64,000 nt of DNA from a virus. Position numbers and translations under genes: made by a program. Positions within the stretch are counted from its first letter, which is position 1, and each line of letters starts with the position of its first letter. The notes under the pieces were generated by a model. It saw only the letters and a program-made list of their open reading frames with translations, had not been told where the DNA came from and did no database searches. Of this stretch, positions 49,239 through 59,133 are shown piece after piece. Location: the IMG/VR virus record IMGVR_UViG_3300014208_000003, positions 64,001-128,000 of that record, one strand, 5' to 3'.

Positions 49239-50239
49239 ATTAAAACCTTATCATAAAGACTATTGGTGAAATATGTTCTCAATTCGCGAAACGAGAATGA
49301 AAACTTGTTCAAAGCCAAACACACATCGTTCATATCCCATTTCTTCCGTTCACCTAATCCGTTATCTTTCAAAAATTTATTCCATAAGAAAACATATTTA
49401 CCATGATTTAACATTTTCTTACTGGCTATTCTTCCTGCTTCATCTCCGTCCAATAAGTAATAGCATTTTAACGGTTCTAATTTTTGTTTAACACTATTCG
49501 TAAAAGCTGTTCCTAAAACTGCTACGGAATTTTCTATCATCAAAGAATCGATAATGCCTTCTGTTACAATTACCGGATTTTTAATATCAATAAAATCTAT
49601 GTTATATATTGCTTTATCCCTATCCAATAACCGATTTAAATATTTCGGTTCCTGTTCTTTTAATGCTCTTGCCTGATAATAATAGATCTTGTTCTTTGAA
49701 TCATAAAACGGAATCACTAATCTATCCTTATAACTACCATCAACGGCTATAAACCATTTCTTCCAAACATTTTCCGGAATATGCCTTTCAATACAATATT
49801 TTATAGCATTATCGAAAAGATCTCCGGAACCTTTTAGAATATTAACAAAATGAATTACTTGTTCCTGTTCATATTCTAATTTCTGTATTCTTTGGATAGC
49901 TTCTTCTTTTTCTAATTCCTGTTTTAAATTCCTCTCATACTCTTTCAAATTAACAGGATTTTCTAAAATACATTCTCTAAGATAGGACTGATATTCTGAG
50001 AAAAAATATTCCTTTAACCATTTTTCAACAGGGATCGAAACATTACAATTATGACAGATATATGTTGGATGCTTATTAAAAAGAAAATATCCTCTACGTT
50101 TAAAAGAATTTGTCTTGGAATCACCACAAACGTTACACCTGATATTTATATATTCTGATGTTATTTTTGACTTTCTAAAATTATTCCGGACAACCTGTAA
50201 TATGTATTTTTTTAAAAGAGAAGTTTTGAATAAGTTCAT
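49235..50239 (-). CDS. DNA primase, gp61-like
   Basis: C..CGDS zinc finger, RLVIPF, TEG.IDS, D.D. Confidence 0.9.
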   Translation of the reverse strand: MNLFKTSLLKKYILQVVRNNFRKSKITSEYINIRCNVCGDSKTNSFKRRGYFLFNKHPTYICHNCNVSIPVEKWLKEYFFSEYQSYLRECILENPVNLKEYERNLKQELEKEEAIQRIQKLEYEQEQVIHFVNILKGSGDLFDNAIKYCIERHIPENVWKKWFIAVDGSYKDRLVIPFYDSKNKIYYYQARALKEQEPKYLNRLLDRDKAIYNIDFIDIKNPVIVTEGIIDSLMIENSVAVLGTAFTNSVKQKLEPLKCYYLLDGDEAGRIASKKMLNHGKYVFLWNKFLKDNGLGERKKWDMNDVCLALNKFSFSFRELRTYFTNSLYDKVLI

Positions 50240-50757
50240 CTTGGTTTTAAAATAGATGTTAAAGATGGAGTTGGATCGTTGTTTATATATGCGTCTAATT
50301 GTTCCGAAGTTATTTTTAAGACATCCGTTCTACCATCAAAAACCACTATCATAGAATCGTGCATTGGTGCCGACCCTTCACCTACCATTACACCATAAGT
50401 ATTGATTCCCTTGAAAGAAACCCTGCCTTCAATAAAACACATAGATGTATAATTTGGTTTTATAACTTCATGGAATAATTTTGTTGATGTGCTAACGGGG
50501 ATGAGAAAAACACATAATTTATTCTTACAACTTTCTTCAACACCTTTCTTAACAAAATTATCTTTAGACGGTGTGGAATATGGAGGATTAATAAAATTTC
50601 TTGTTTTCCAATCTATATGTATACCATTCCACGCTGAAAGATCATGATTTATCGGACAAGGATCAAATTGAAAATCAAACAATGTATTAAGTTTATTATA
50701 AAGATATTTCGGTGTTTTCCAATTATCCTTATGTTCTATATTTCTGTTTTTCATCAA
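50236..50757 (-). CDS. Phage Dam-like N6-adenine methyltransferase
   Basis: DNWKTP, FDPCP, FINPPYS, GR.SF. Confidence 0.85.
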   Translation of the reverse strand: MMKNRNIEHKDNWKTPKYLYNKLNTLFDFQFDPCPINHDLSAWNGIHIDWKTRNFINPPYSTPSKDNFVKKGVEESCKNKLCVFLIPVSTSTKLFHEVIKPNYTSMCFIEGRVSFKGINTYGVMVGEGSAPMHDSMIVVFDGRTDVLKITSEQLDAYINNDPTPSLTSILKPR

Positions 50758-50763
50758 TTCTCC

Positions 50764-50811
50764 AAAAAAGAAACCCTCCTACTATATTTCAGAGGGTTTT
50801 TAACAAGAAAG
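50764..50811 (-). terminator. Intrinsic terminator, near-identical to 5280-5328
   Basis: Same stem and loop followed by a T-tract. Confidence 0.75.
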
Positions 50812-50813
50812 AG

Positions 50814-51728
50814 TCAGTTATCTTGACGTAGACTATTCAGGAAATCATCATCGTTATCGTGTGTATTAGAAGTATCAGCAGGTTCATCGCTAGTGGGTTC
50901 CTGATAATCTTCTGCCTTTACCATATCGTTCTTAACTGCTACGGATGCCTTTTTAACACCCATAACTTTCCTGAATCGTTCATTGCATTTGTCTGTAATA
51001 TTATCTTCCAACTTAGTGAGATAAGACATATCAATAAGTTTAAGAGCGGCCATATCAACAGCATTCATTTCCTTAGAGAATTCGGATTTGAGATACTGAG
51101 GCAAAACAATATAATCGCTGGGATTCTTTTTCGTTTTGTTAGTATTTGGCATCTTCTTAGGAGTAATAGTAAGTTTGAAATCCGGTGCAGAAAGAGGATT
51201 CCAAGGTATAAATGGGCTAGGCGTTTCCCCAAGATCTTCATCAACTACTGGGAACATAGCATTATCCAGAATCTTTTTAATTTCATTTCCAAAACTAAAC
51301 AATTTCACTTGACCTTCTAATTCTGGTGTCAATACGTCTTTTTTAATAAGGAGATTCGTGACCTGATCATACTTTCTCTTAAATATCTTACCCTCTTCAG
51401 TACCGTATAATTTGTTTTCATATACGTGCTGACAAACCGGACAAGAGCCATTTACCTTTGTATAATACTGAGGGCAAAGAGCAGCATACCACATACCATT
51501 GATCTGAAAAAAGTGTTTTGCAACGGTGGTAATAAAATTTTCTGAATCTGTAACAAAACGTACCAATTTTCGAGTTATGGGATAAATACCTTTGTCGTCT
51601 GGTTCTGCATTAAAAACAGGCTTATAGAAATTGTGATCCGTATAATCTTTTTTAGTATTAGTTCCGGAAGATGCTTTCTGATCCTGAATCTTCTTCAACA
51701 TATTATCCCAATTAAGTGTTCCAGCCAT
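50814..51728 (-). CDS. ssDNA-binding protein, gp32-like
   Basis: H.F..NG.WY...CP...CPVC, PELEG.V.LF.FG, acidic tail DDDFLNSL. Confidence 0.88.
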   Translation of the reverse strand: MAGTLNWDNMLKKIQDQKASSGTNTKKDYTDHNFYKPVFNAEPDDKGIYPITRKLVRFVTDSENFITTVAKHFFQINGMWYAALCPQYYTKVNGSCPVCQHVYENKLYGTEEGKIFKRKYDQVTNLLIKKDVLTPELEGQVKLFSFGNEIKKILDNAMFPVVDEDLGETPSPFIPWNPLSAPDFKLTITPKKMPNTNKTKKNPSDYIVLPQYLKSEFSKEMNAVDMAALKLIDMSYLTKLEDNITDKCNERFRKVMGVKKASVAVKNDMVKAEDYQEPTSDEPADTSNTHDNDDDFLNSLRQDN

Positions 51729-52404
51729 TTAGATTCTCCTTTTGATTTTTGTAAATAGAATTAATTTTTTTCATACATTTTTTGAATAATTTAAAATCGT
51801 CAGTTTGTTCGTTATTATTTTTGTTATCTTCCTCCTCGTTCACATAATTGGTAACATATAGATTTTCTGTTAAATACCTGTTTTTAATAAGTTCGTAAAA
51901 TATATTTGAACCAGTTTTTCGTATACTTAGAAAATCCTTTATTGGTTTTTTTAATTGTGTCTGGTATTGCGAAAGAACTTCTGAATCTATTTTCTTTTGT
52001 TCATCAGACATCATTCGAATAACTGTATCTATATTATAATCACAAAAATCAAAAGCACGACCTTTTTTTTCATTTATTTTCTTCCAAGGCAATATATAGA
52101 AAGCCATGCCTAGAAGAATGTCGTGTATCGTGTAATTCTTATATTTGATAGACTGGTATAATCCCTCATAATATTTTATAAGGTGTACAGTAGCGTTAGA
52201 TTCCTCTATAACAGCAGGACAATCGAAAGCAGCATGAAGAAGTTTCGGAACATTCATCTCAGTATTGTTTTTAAGATACCATCCCAGAAAACGATTAATC
52301 TTGTATAACCGAAAACTGTCCAGAATAAACTTATCACCATTACAAGTAAAAACCATTATTTCAAGACTTTCTTCCGGATCTATAACCCAACATATATCCA
52401 ACAA
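51712..52404 (-). CDS. Possible helicase loader (gp59 position)
   Basis: Size and synteny with T4 genes 33-59-32 only. Confidence 0.35.
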   Translation of the reverse strand: MLDICWVIDPEESLEIMVFTCNGDKFILDSFRLYKINRFLGWYLKNNTEMNVPKLLHAAFDCPAVIEESNATVHLIKYYEGLYQSIKYKNYTIHDILLGMAFYILPWKKINEKKGRAFDFCDYNIDTVIRMMSDEQKKIDSEVLSQYQTQLKKPIKDFLSIRKTGSNIFYELIKNRYLTENLYVTNYVNEEEDNKNNNEQTDDFKLFKKCMKKINSIYKNQKENLNGWNT

Positions 52405-52448
52405 AAAAATTCAATAAAAATATAAACCAGATAATTATAAAATCCATA

Positions 52449-52874
52449 TCAACCCTCTATTGGTAATCCGTCCTTTTTCTTTTCCCTAATAAATTTTGAA
52501 AGAGTTACAGGAATTTCTATTGCATATTTTTCAGAAAGTTCGTTTTTAATAATTTGTACATTCTCTTCGTCTAATAATGTTTTGATTCTTTGGACTGTTG
52601 TATAATTTTCTTCGAAGTATAATAGAACATCAACTAATGGAACTTTTGAGTCTGTAGAAATTTTCCGGAGGTGGTGGTTAAATGTGTATAGTGTTCTTAG
52701 CGGTAGTCTTTCATAATTAAAAAATATAGAAACATCAAATCCTATTTCTTTGACTATCTTTGCGACTTTATTTTTATTAATATTTGTTTGTTGCTGGTTT
52801 TCATAATAATCACAATTGGTACTATCTGTCATAATTAATTTAGGCCGCTCTTCAACATACAAACGTTCTTCCAT
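52449..52874 (-). CDS. Possible late-transcription co-activator, gp33-like
   Basis: Synteny; near-C-terminal TLSKFI resembles the polymerase tail TLSTFL. Confidence 0.45.
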   Translation of the reverse strand: MEERLYVEERPKLIMTDSTNCDYYENQQQTNINKNKVAKIVKEIGFDVSIFFNYERLPLRTLYTFNHHLRKISTDSKVPLVDVLLYFEENYTTVQRIKTLLDEENVQIIKNELSEKYAIEIPVTLSKFIREKKKDGLPIEG

Positions 52875-52882
52875 TTAAAACC

Positions 52883-54262
52883 TCATTTGAAAATTATTGG
52901 TGAATCTTTTTTAATAACATCTTTAATCAAACTAACACCTTCATCTACTTTTTGTTGGCTAGTAACTGGTTGTTTTACATTAGGATTTTTCAGCTTTTCT
53001 AATTCAACGTCATCATCCCAAATACGCATCTTATAAAAATCAATATTAACAGGGAACTTAATCTTATTTAGTCCGTACCTATTCTTAACAATATTGAACA
53101 TGTACTTTCCGTTGGTTCTTAGATCATCATTTTGAGTAGCTGCAATAACAACATCAGAATCAAATGCAACACCTATAGAATCAGAAATATCATCCATATC
53201 AATATCCAATTTACCGAAACCATCTCTATTAACCTGTATCGAAGAAATTACCGGAATACTCATCTCCATACTTAATGCTCTTAATTCTTGGGCTATACGC
53301 TTCTGTTCCGAATAACTATTATCAGATTTACCCATAGCATTAGGACAAAGAATGGCTAAGTAATCAACAAAAATAATGTCCGGAATAAACTTCTTTTTAA
53401 CTCTTAATTCTTTCAGCAGATTTCGGATATAATTTGTGTTTGCTGATTTTGTCGGGAACTCTCTAATAATAAACTTTGTATTGAATGTCTTTTTACTCTG
53501 ATTGAACTTATCCAGAAATTGTTCTTTATTCAGTTTTCTTAGTTCTGCTCTATTCAAATTAAAAACATTAAACATAACCCTTTCGGAAATCTTCTCTTCG
53601 GCCATTTCAAGAGTAACATATAAAACCTTCTTATTGTTCATTATACAGTTTGAAGCAATAGCAGTTTTAATAGCAGTTTTTCCACCGTTTACCTGACACA
53701 ATATTAATGATAAACTCTTCTCGTGAAAACCTCCGTCTAGCCAATAATCCAAAACCTTTAATCCGGAAGATACCGTAAAATCATCTGTGTTAAAATATGT
53801 CCAAAGCCTTTCACCATCCTCAAAAAAATCTAATCCAACCCTATCATCAAGAGTAAACGCCATCGCTTCTCTTAACTGTTCCGGAGTATTCTTTAACTTA
53901 CTTAGATCTTCTTCTTTTAAACCAGTCGCAATATCAGTAATAAAAGAATATAACAGCTTCTTCTTAAAAAAATTCTCAATCTCTATCTTTAATACCTCTT
54001 GCGAATATTCCGAAACATCCTTATTCAAAATTTCTGTTAATGAGTCAAACACTTCCCTATCTGTTAGTTTCAATTTCAAATCACTAACTGTAGGAAACTT
54101 CTGGAACTTATTCTCAAAATACAGAATATGCTTGACGAGTTCTTTACAATCAAAATCATCAAACAAATCTACTCTTAAAATCGGAACTACTTTATCTCTA
54201 ACCTCTGTATTTTGAAATAAGAGTTTGACCAATATTGATTCAAACTCTATTGGATCTATCAT
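52883..54262 (-). CDS. Replicative helicase, gp41-like
   Basis: NGGKT, VTLEMAE, IFVDYL, QVNRDG, KNRYG. Confidence 0.92.
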   Translation of the reverse strand: MIDPIEFESILVKLLFQNTEVRDKVVPILRVDLFDDFDCKELVKHILYFENKFQKFPTVSDLKLKLTDREVFDSLTEILNKDVSEYSQEVLKIEIENFFKKKLLYSFITDIATGLKEEDLSKLKNTPEQLREAMAFTLDDRVGLDFFEDGERLWTYFNTDDFTVSSGLKVLDYWLDGGFHEKSLSLILCQVNGGKTAIKTAIASNCIMNNKKVLYVTLEMAEEKISERVMFNVFNLNRAELRKLNKEQFLDKFNQSKKTFNTKFIIREFPTKSANTNYIRNLLKELRVKKKFIPDIIFVDYLAILCPNAMGKSDNSYSEQKRIAQELRALSMEMSIPVISSIQVNRDGFGKLDIDMDDISDSIGVAFDSDVVIAATQNDDLRTNGKYMFNIVKNRYGLNKIKFPVNIDFYKMRIWDDDVELEKLKNPNVKQPVTSQQKVDEGVSLIKDVIKKDSPIIFK

Positions 54263-55335
54263 GCTTCCTCTTTAACTGATTCTTCTTCGGAGATTTCTTC
54301 TTCACCCATTTCTCTTTCTTCACCCGTATTTCCAAGAGAGAGTGTATTTTTTATATTCTCATTAATTTTATTTAACAAGGTTTCATCCCACTCCATTTTC
54401 CATAATTCTTTTTCGGAAATAGATTTACCTCCTACCGACCATCCTCTAGTTTCTTTTTTGAGATATGTACCACCAAATTCCTGAAGACCATAATATTTAT
54501 GTAATCCATTAAAGAAATCGAGATACGTAATCACTTTTGCTTGTTCTCTGGCTGTACGGTTTTTAACATTTTTTGCTGTTATATAGAATCCAAGCAAATT
54601 TCCATCTTTATCTTTTGCATTCTTTTTCTTCAAATCAATCATAACACTCGCAATATATTCTGGCCCTTGACCTCCGGAACCTTTTGTAGTAGGAACATAA
54701 CTTCCGATGATTGAGTATGTGTGATTAGTTACCAGCATAGGAATTTTTGCTTTTGCTAATTTAAGATTTATTGAACGGTAAATTGATCTAATGATTTTAG
54801 CTCTGGTCATATCACTTACATTTTTACCTTCTTCGGCATCTGCAATTTCTTTGTTTGTTGATAAATTACCAAGAGAATCTAAAATGATTAGTAATTTGGG
54901 TCTTTTTGGATCTGTGTTGTTATTATAATCATTAATTACTTTTATTAATTGATTTCTGAAATTTTCTACAGTATCGATCGGAACATACATCACTTTATTC
55001 GGATCAATACCACGAGAAACAAACATAGATTTTTCGGTAGCATTTTCAGAATCAAAATAAACAATATAATATCCCTTTTCTATTGCTTTCTTTGCTATTG
55101 ATAACACCATATAAGTTTTACCACAGGATTTCTCACCTTGAAACAAAACCACCTTATTATTCGGAATGCCTTTGTTTATATCCGCTGTCATCAATCCATT
55201 CAAAGCCATAGAACCCGTATCGATCCAATCTGTTGTATTAGATAAAGCATCGTCTTCCAAAATACTCGCTAACTCATTCCCAGATGCTTTCAATAATCCT
55301 TTTAAAAAACTGTCAGTCACACCTTTTTTAGCCAT
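54259..55335 (-). CDS. uvsX: RecA-like recombinase UvsX
   Basis: DTGS, GEKSCGKT, FDSE, LDSLGNL, DMTRA, TNHTY, SGG. Confidence 0.92.
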   Translation of the reverse strand: MAKKGVTDSFLKGLLKASGNELASILEDDALSNTTDWIDTGSMALNGLMTADINKGIPNNKVVLFQGEKSCGKTYMVLSIAKKAIEKGYYIVYFDSENATEKSMFVSRGIDPNKVMYVPIDTVENFRNQLIKVINDYNNNTDPKRPKLLIILDSLGNLSTNKEIADAEEGKNVSDMTRAKIIRSIYRSINLKLAKAKIPMLVTNHTYSIIGSYVPTTKGSGGQGPEYIASVMIDLKKKNAKDKDGNLLGFYITAKNVKNRTAREQAKVITYLDFFNGLHKYYGLQEFGGTYLKKETRGWSVGGKSISEKELWKMEWDETLLNKINENIKNTLSLGNTGEEREMGEEEISEEESVKEEA

Positions 55336-55648
55336 TAAACACCCCTTGCTTCATTAAAAACCTTTTCACATAATTTCAAGCATTTTATCTGATTATTTAT
55401 TTTTGATAATGATTCTGGATTTCTATTTTCTCTTATCATCATATCTCTCTTATCTAAAAAATATTGCAAATCTGTTCGCATCTATTCTCCTATATGTTCC
55501 AAAAGTTCTTCACTACATATCTTAAAAGTTTCTCCGCCATATCTTAAACTCATTGATATAGCGTCCGTTTTTCCTTCGTTTTGTTTAATTAATATATCGC
55601 CTCGCTTATTCCAATTTTCGGCTAGTTCTTTTAGAGTCATTTTATCCC

Positions 55649-56278
55649 CTATATGTTCGCGGTGTAAATTCTTTTTAGTTCTGACTTATTTTCCGACAAT
55701 ACTTTTTTAACATCTTTTACTACTGTTTTCAGATCCTTTGACAGATAATCACAACAACCAAGAACCCATTTCGGAAGTTCAGTATAATCATCTATATCAC
55801 AAACTAATAGAACCGGTATATCAAACATTTTCGCAACTGTTAATTCAGCAGGAGTGCCATAAGTAGCAACACCTTTTATCCAATAACATAACACAACATC
55901 ACTTTTAATCAATGCCGAAAGATCTGTCTGAATAATATTATATGCCCATTTCTTTACTTCAGAATATTTCAACTCATGTCGGGAACACTTATCGAATAAT
56001 TGCAGTTCACCATTCAGTTTATTTTTCTCAGCGGGATTGAAAGAGTCTATATTGTGTTTCTGCAATTTCTTCTCGACTATTTTTCTCCAATCCGCACCGT
56101 AATCTGTCAAGTATTCCATTGCGCCGCATAAATAGCAATTTTTATTTTTTATTTCTATCCGATTTAAAGTTCTGATTGTTTTGGTAAAAGACATTAATCG
56201 ATTTATTCCGGATGATTCGTGATCCTTATAATTATTTTCTAATTTAATCACATTTTTCTCCTTTAATGTTTTTTTCAA
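55649..56278 (-). CDS. Nucleoside 2-deoxyribosyltransferase-like protein
   Basis: YLCGAM...DWR, FNP, DL..L..SD, GT..E. Confidence 0.75.
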   Translation of the reverse strand: MKKTLKEKNVIKLENNYKDHESSGINRLMSFTKTIRTLNRIEIKNKNCYLCGAMEYLTDYGADWRKIVEKKLQKHNIDSFNPAEKNKLNGELQLFDKCSRHELKYSEVKKWAYNIIQTDLSALIKSDVVLCYWIKGVATYGTPAELTVAKMFDIPVLLVCDIDDYTELPKWVLGCCDYLSKDLKTVVKDVKKVLSENKSELKRIYTANI

Positions 56279-56462
56279 TTTTATTTAATAATTGTTTTAT
56301 AATCAATATATTTTCTAAATTTGAATCGATGTATTCTACCATAATAGTTTTAGTATTTTTATTTTGATAAGAATTTAATATCTTTCCTTTTTTGAACCAA
56401 TTGAAAGCAGTTTTGTAACACACATTTTTAATTTTAGCATATTCTGATAATTTTATTATCAT
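56244..56462 (-). CDS. MerR-type HTH resembling the IS607 resolvase N-terminus
   Basis: KLSEYAK..NVCYKTAFNWFKKGKI. Confidence 0.65.
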   Translation of the reverse strand: MIIKLSEYAKIKNVCYKTAFNWFKKGKILNSYQNKNTKTIMVEYIDSNLENILIIKQLLNKIEKNIKGEKCD

Positions 56463-57175
56463 ATATTTTTTCCTAATATAGTTTGGATACTATTTATTTT
56501 ATTATAATGTATTCTTATTAATTTTATACCTTTTTGTTTACAATATTTTGTTTTTATTTTATCGTGCTTTTGTGTTATTAAAACATTTTTCATACCGTCT
56601 TCATTTTTGTGTTTAAAATAAGGATAATAATGTTGTTTTCCGTCAAACTCTATACATATATTTTTATCGGGTAAATAAAAATCAAATGGTAAAGGATTTT
56701 TATTCTTGCAATCTTCAAATCTATAATTATGATTATATCTTATATTGTTTTTTTCTAACCACGTTAATATTGAACGTTCTCCTCTGGATATTCTACACAA
56801 TTTACAACCAGTACCTAATAATAATCGTTTAGGGTTAACTAAAATTTCACCGTGTTTTTTACAGATTATGATTATTTTGGTTTTATTGTTGATATAATTA
56901 ACTTTTGAATAATCATACTCCTCTCCGTATATTTCTTTAACTTGCTTTATGAATATATTTAATGGTTTTGGTTGAAGAATTTTAGATTTCATCCATATAC
57001 ATTTTCTACAATCATGGTGTTGTAAATGATTTTTATAATTACATTCAAATTCACCGTGAACAGGACAAATCACAATTATTTTATTTTTTACTCTGTTTTC
57101 CATGTTTGTTTTCGAATAATCAAATTTACCGTTCCAAATTTTTGATGCCTTTTCTATAAATTCTTTTGTAGTCAT
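56459..57175 (-). CDS. Homing endonuclease, paralog of 39804-40808
   Basis: DYSK..ICPVHGEF repeats; PLPFDFYLP, IEFDGKQH, LIRI.Y. Confidence 0.85.
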   Translation of the reverse strand: MTTKEFIEKASKIWNGKFDYSKTNMENRVKNKIIVICPVHGEFECNYKNHLQHHDCRKCIWMKSKILQPKPLNIFIKQVKEIYGEEYDYSKVNYINNKTKIIIICKKHGEILVNPKRLLLGTGCKLCRISRGERSILTWLEKNNIRYNHNYRFEDCKNKNPLPFDFYLPDKNICIEFDGKQHYYPYFKHKNEDGMKNVLITQKHDKIKTKYCKQKGIKLIRIHYNKINSIQTILGKNI

Positions 57176-57193
57176 ATAAATCTCCTTTAGAAG

Positions 57194-57201
57194 TATTTAT
57201 A
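57194..57201 (-). promoter_or_regulatory. Late promoter TATAAATA
   Basis: Exact T4 late consensus before the AAGGAG ribosome-binding site of the endonuclease. Confidence 0.65.
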
Positions 57202-57237
57202 TATCTAACAAAGAATTTATACATATTTTTCTATATT

Positions 57238-57780
57238 TTATTTTCTAAAGTAATCATTATAAGCCTTCTGTTGTGATGTTGATAATTCTTCTTTATAAAA
57301 CTTCCGAGAATTATCTTTAGCCCATTCGTATTCATCCATAAACCAGTTACGGAAAACATTCTTAGAGAACCGATTCATGGCTACTTGTCTGGCATTATGT
57401 TCATAAGATTCTTTTAACCACATATCTTTTTTCGTTTCGTTTTCTGTCATTATTTCGTTTTCTACTTTAATGACATCTATATACAGTTTTTTCTCTGCTT
57501 CTTCTTTAGTGCGGTCAAACCAATCATATTCTTTCTCGATCAATTCTTTAGAAACCTTATGAATAATCGCAACTAATGTTCTCGGGATCTTTACTTCTTC
57601 ATAACCATAACCATAATAAACATCAATAGTGGGTGGTTCATAATTGTAACAATATTTTTTGGTCGCCATTTTAGAAACTTTACAGCATTTTTTAACACCA
57701 GAAATAATTATATCTCCATCTTTCAAAACCACTTTAGAACCAACATACGCCTCTTTGTTTTGCAATGTAACAGCTACCAT
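57238..57780 (-). CDS. Hypothetical protein
   Basis: ORF with GGAG ribosome-binding site. Confidence 0.6.
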   Translation of the reverse strand: MVAVTLQNKEAYVGSKVVLKDGDIIISGVKKCCKVSKMATKKYCYNYEPPTIDVYYGYGYEEVKIPRTLVAIIHKVSKELIEKEYDWFDRTKEEAEKKLYIDVIKVENEIMTENETKKDMWLKESYEHNARQVAMNRFSKNVFRNWFMDEYEWAKDNSRKFYKEELSTSQQKAYNDYFRK

Positions 57781-57788
57781 TTTAACTC

Positions 57789-58073
57789 CTACTGTTCAAG
57801 AATTCCTATATCACCATTTTCAAGCATTTTTTTGTCTTCATATGGCGCAACAACACTTCTATTAAACTCTGCTAGAACGTCTGTAAGCACTCCTGTTACA
57901 TCAGAAAGATTGGAATAGGTAATGCCCTTCTTTTTAATATATAGATGAACCAAGCGCGTTATAGAGTAGTTTAAAGCCCCTCTGTTCAGATCAGTTCCGT
58001 CCCAAAGTGCATAAAAAAGATTATCAACATGTGTATCTATCTTTTTTCGTTCAAACTGTTTTATATATGGCAT
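57789..58073 (-). CDS. Conserved phage protein of the MPYI...G.LNY type
   Basis: MPYIK, GALNY.IT, EF.R..V.PYED.K..ENGD. Confidence 0.7.
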   Translation of the reverse strand: MPYIKQFERKKIDTHVDNLFYALWDGTDLNRGALNYSITRLVHLYIKKKGITYSNLSDVTGVLTDVLAEFNRSVVAPYEDKKMLENGDIGILEQ

Positions 58074-59133
58074 TTATTCATTCTCCAAAATTTTCATATC
58101 TTCTACTTTTTCAAAATCCATCTTTAACAGATCCAATGCTTCTTTCTCATGGATTCCGAATGATTTCTGTAATTCGTTTAGTGTGCTTCTCTTAATAGTT
58201 GTTTTAGTGACTTCCATATCATTCCTTAATTGTTTGAACCACTATTTCAGAAGTTTTTCCAGACCAAGGATCAACAAAGAATATTTTAGTAAGTCCGAGA
58301 ACATTATTAACTTCTACGTCTGTTACTATGTCGTTTTTGTGCGGGAGGTTATCGAGTCTGTTCAAAGCCATTTTAGACCACCTTTCTTTAAATTACTTCG
58401 ACACCATTATTCGTACACCATTTTTCATAACTTTTATCCATATCTCTTTTCAGGTCGTTAATAATATAAGCACAATTTTTAAAATCGGCGTGAGATAAAA
58501 CTATTTGATCTGCCCAAGGATTTCCGGTTCTAATTATTTTCCATATCCATCTTAATCTTTCTTTAAAACTAAGTGGTCGAACATCATTACCTAGCTTCCA
58601 CATGCTTACATAAACTAATGGTGAAATAGGTTCGGAATCATCTAAACAAAACTCAATTGCTTCTTGACCATCTGTACATTTTAAGAATCGCGATTTCATA
58701 TTATTTGCTCCATGATTTATTATCGTTAAACCATCGATTAGTTTGTATTATTGTATCTCCTTCATTTCCCCATAATCCATCTAATTTAACAAAGGTATTT
58801 TCCGGAATCTTTTTAACATACGTAGCTGCTTTAATTTCATTCCAACCAGCAGACGGTAACTGTGTTCTAATAATTACAGCAATACATTTTTGATTCATTC
58901 TATTATGGTATTCTTGATTAGCTTTCTCATTAGCAGAAAAATCACAAGAACAAAAAATCCCAAGACTAACAATACACATTAAAACTTTTGCTTTCATAAT
59001 TTCTCCATTGTATCCAGAATAAATGCAATTGTAAGACTAACAGATATGACAAATTCAAAACCAAATTCCCAAAAAGGTGCCAGCAGCATACTTAAAATTA
59101 TTGAATATCCAATGATTCTTAATAAAGCTCTAA

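Noticed and set aside
46808-50757. Restriction-modification system
   Set aside because: The nuclease between the methyltransferases looks like a RuvC resolvase; the methyltransferases appear to be orphans
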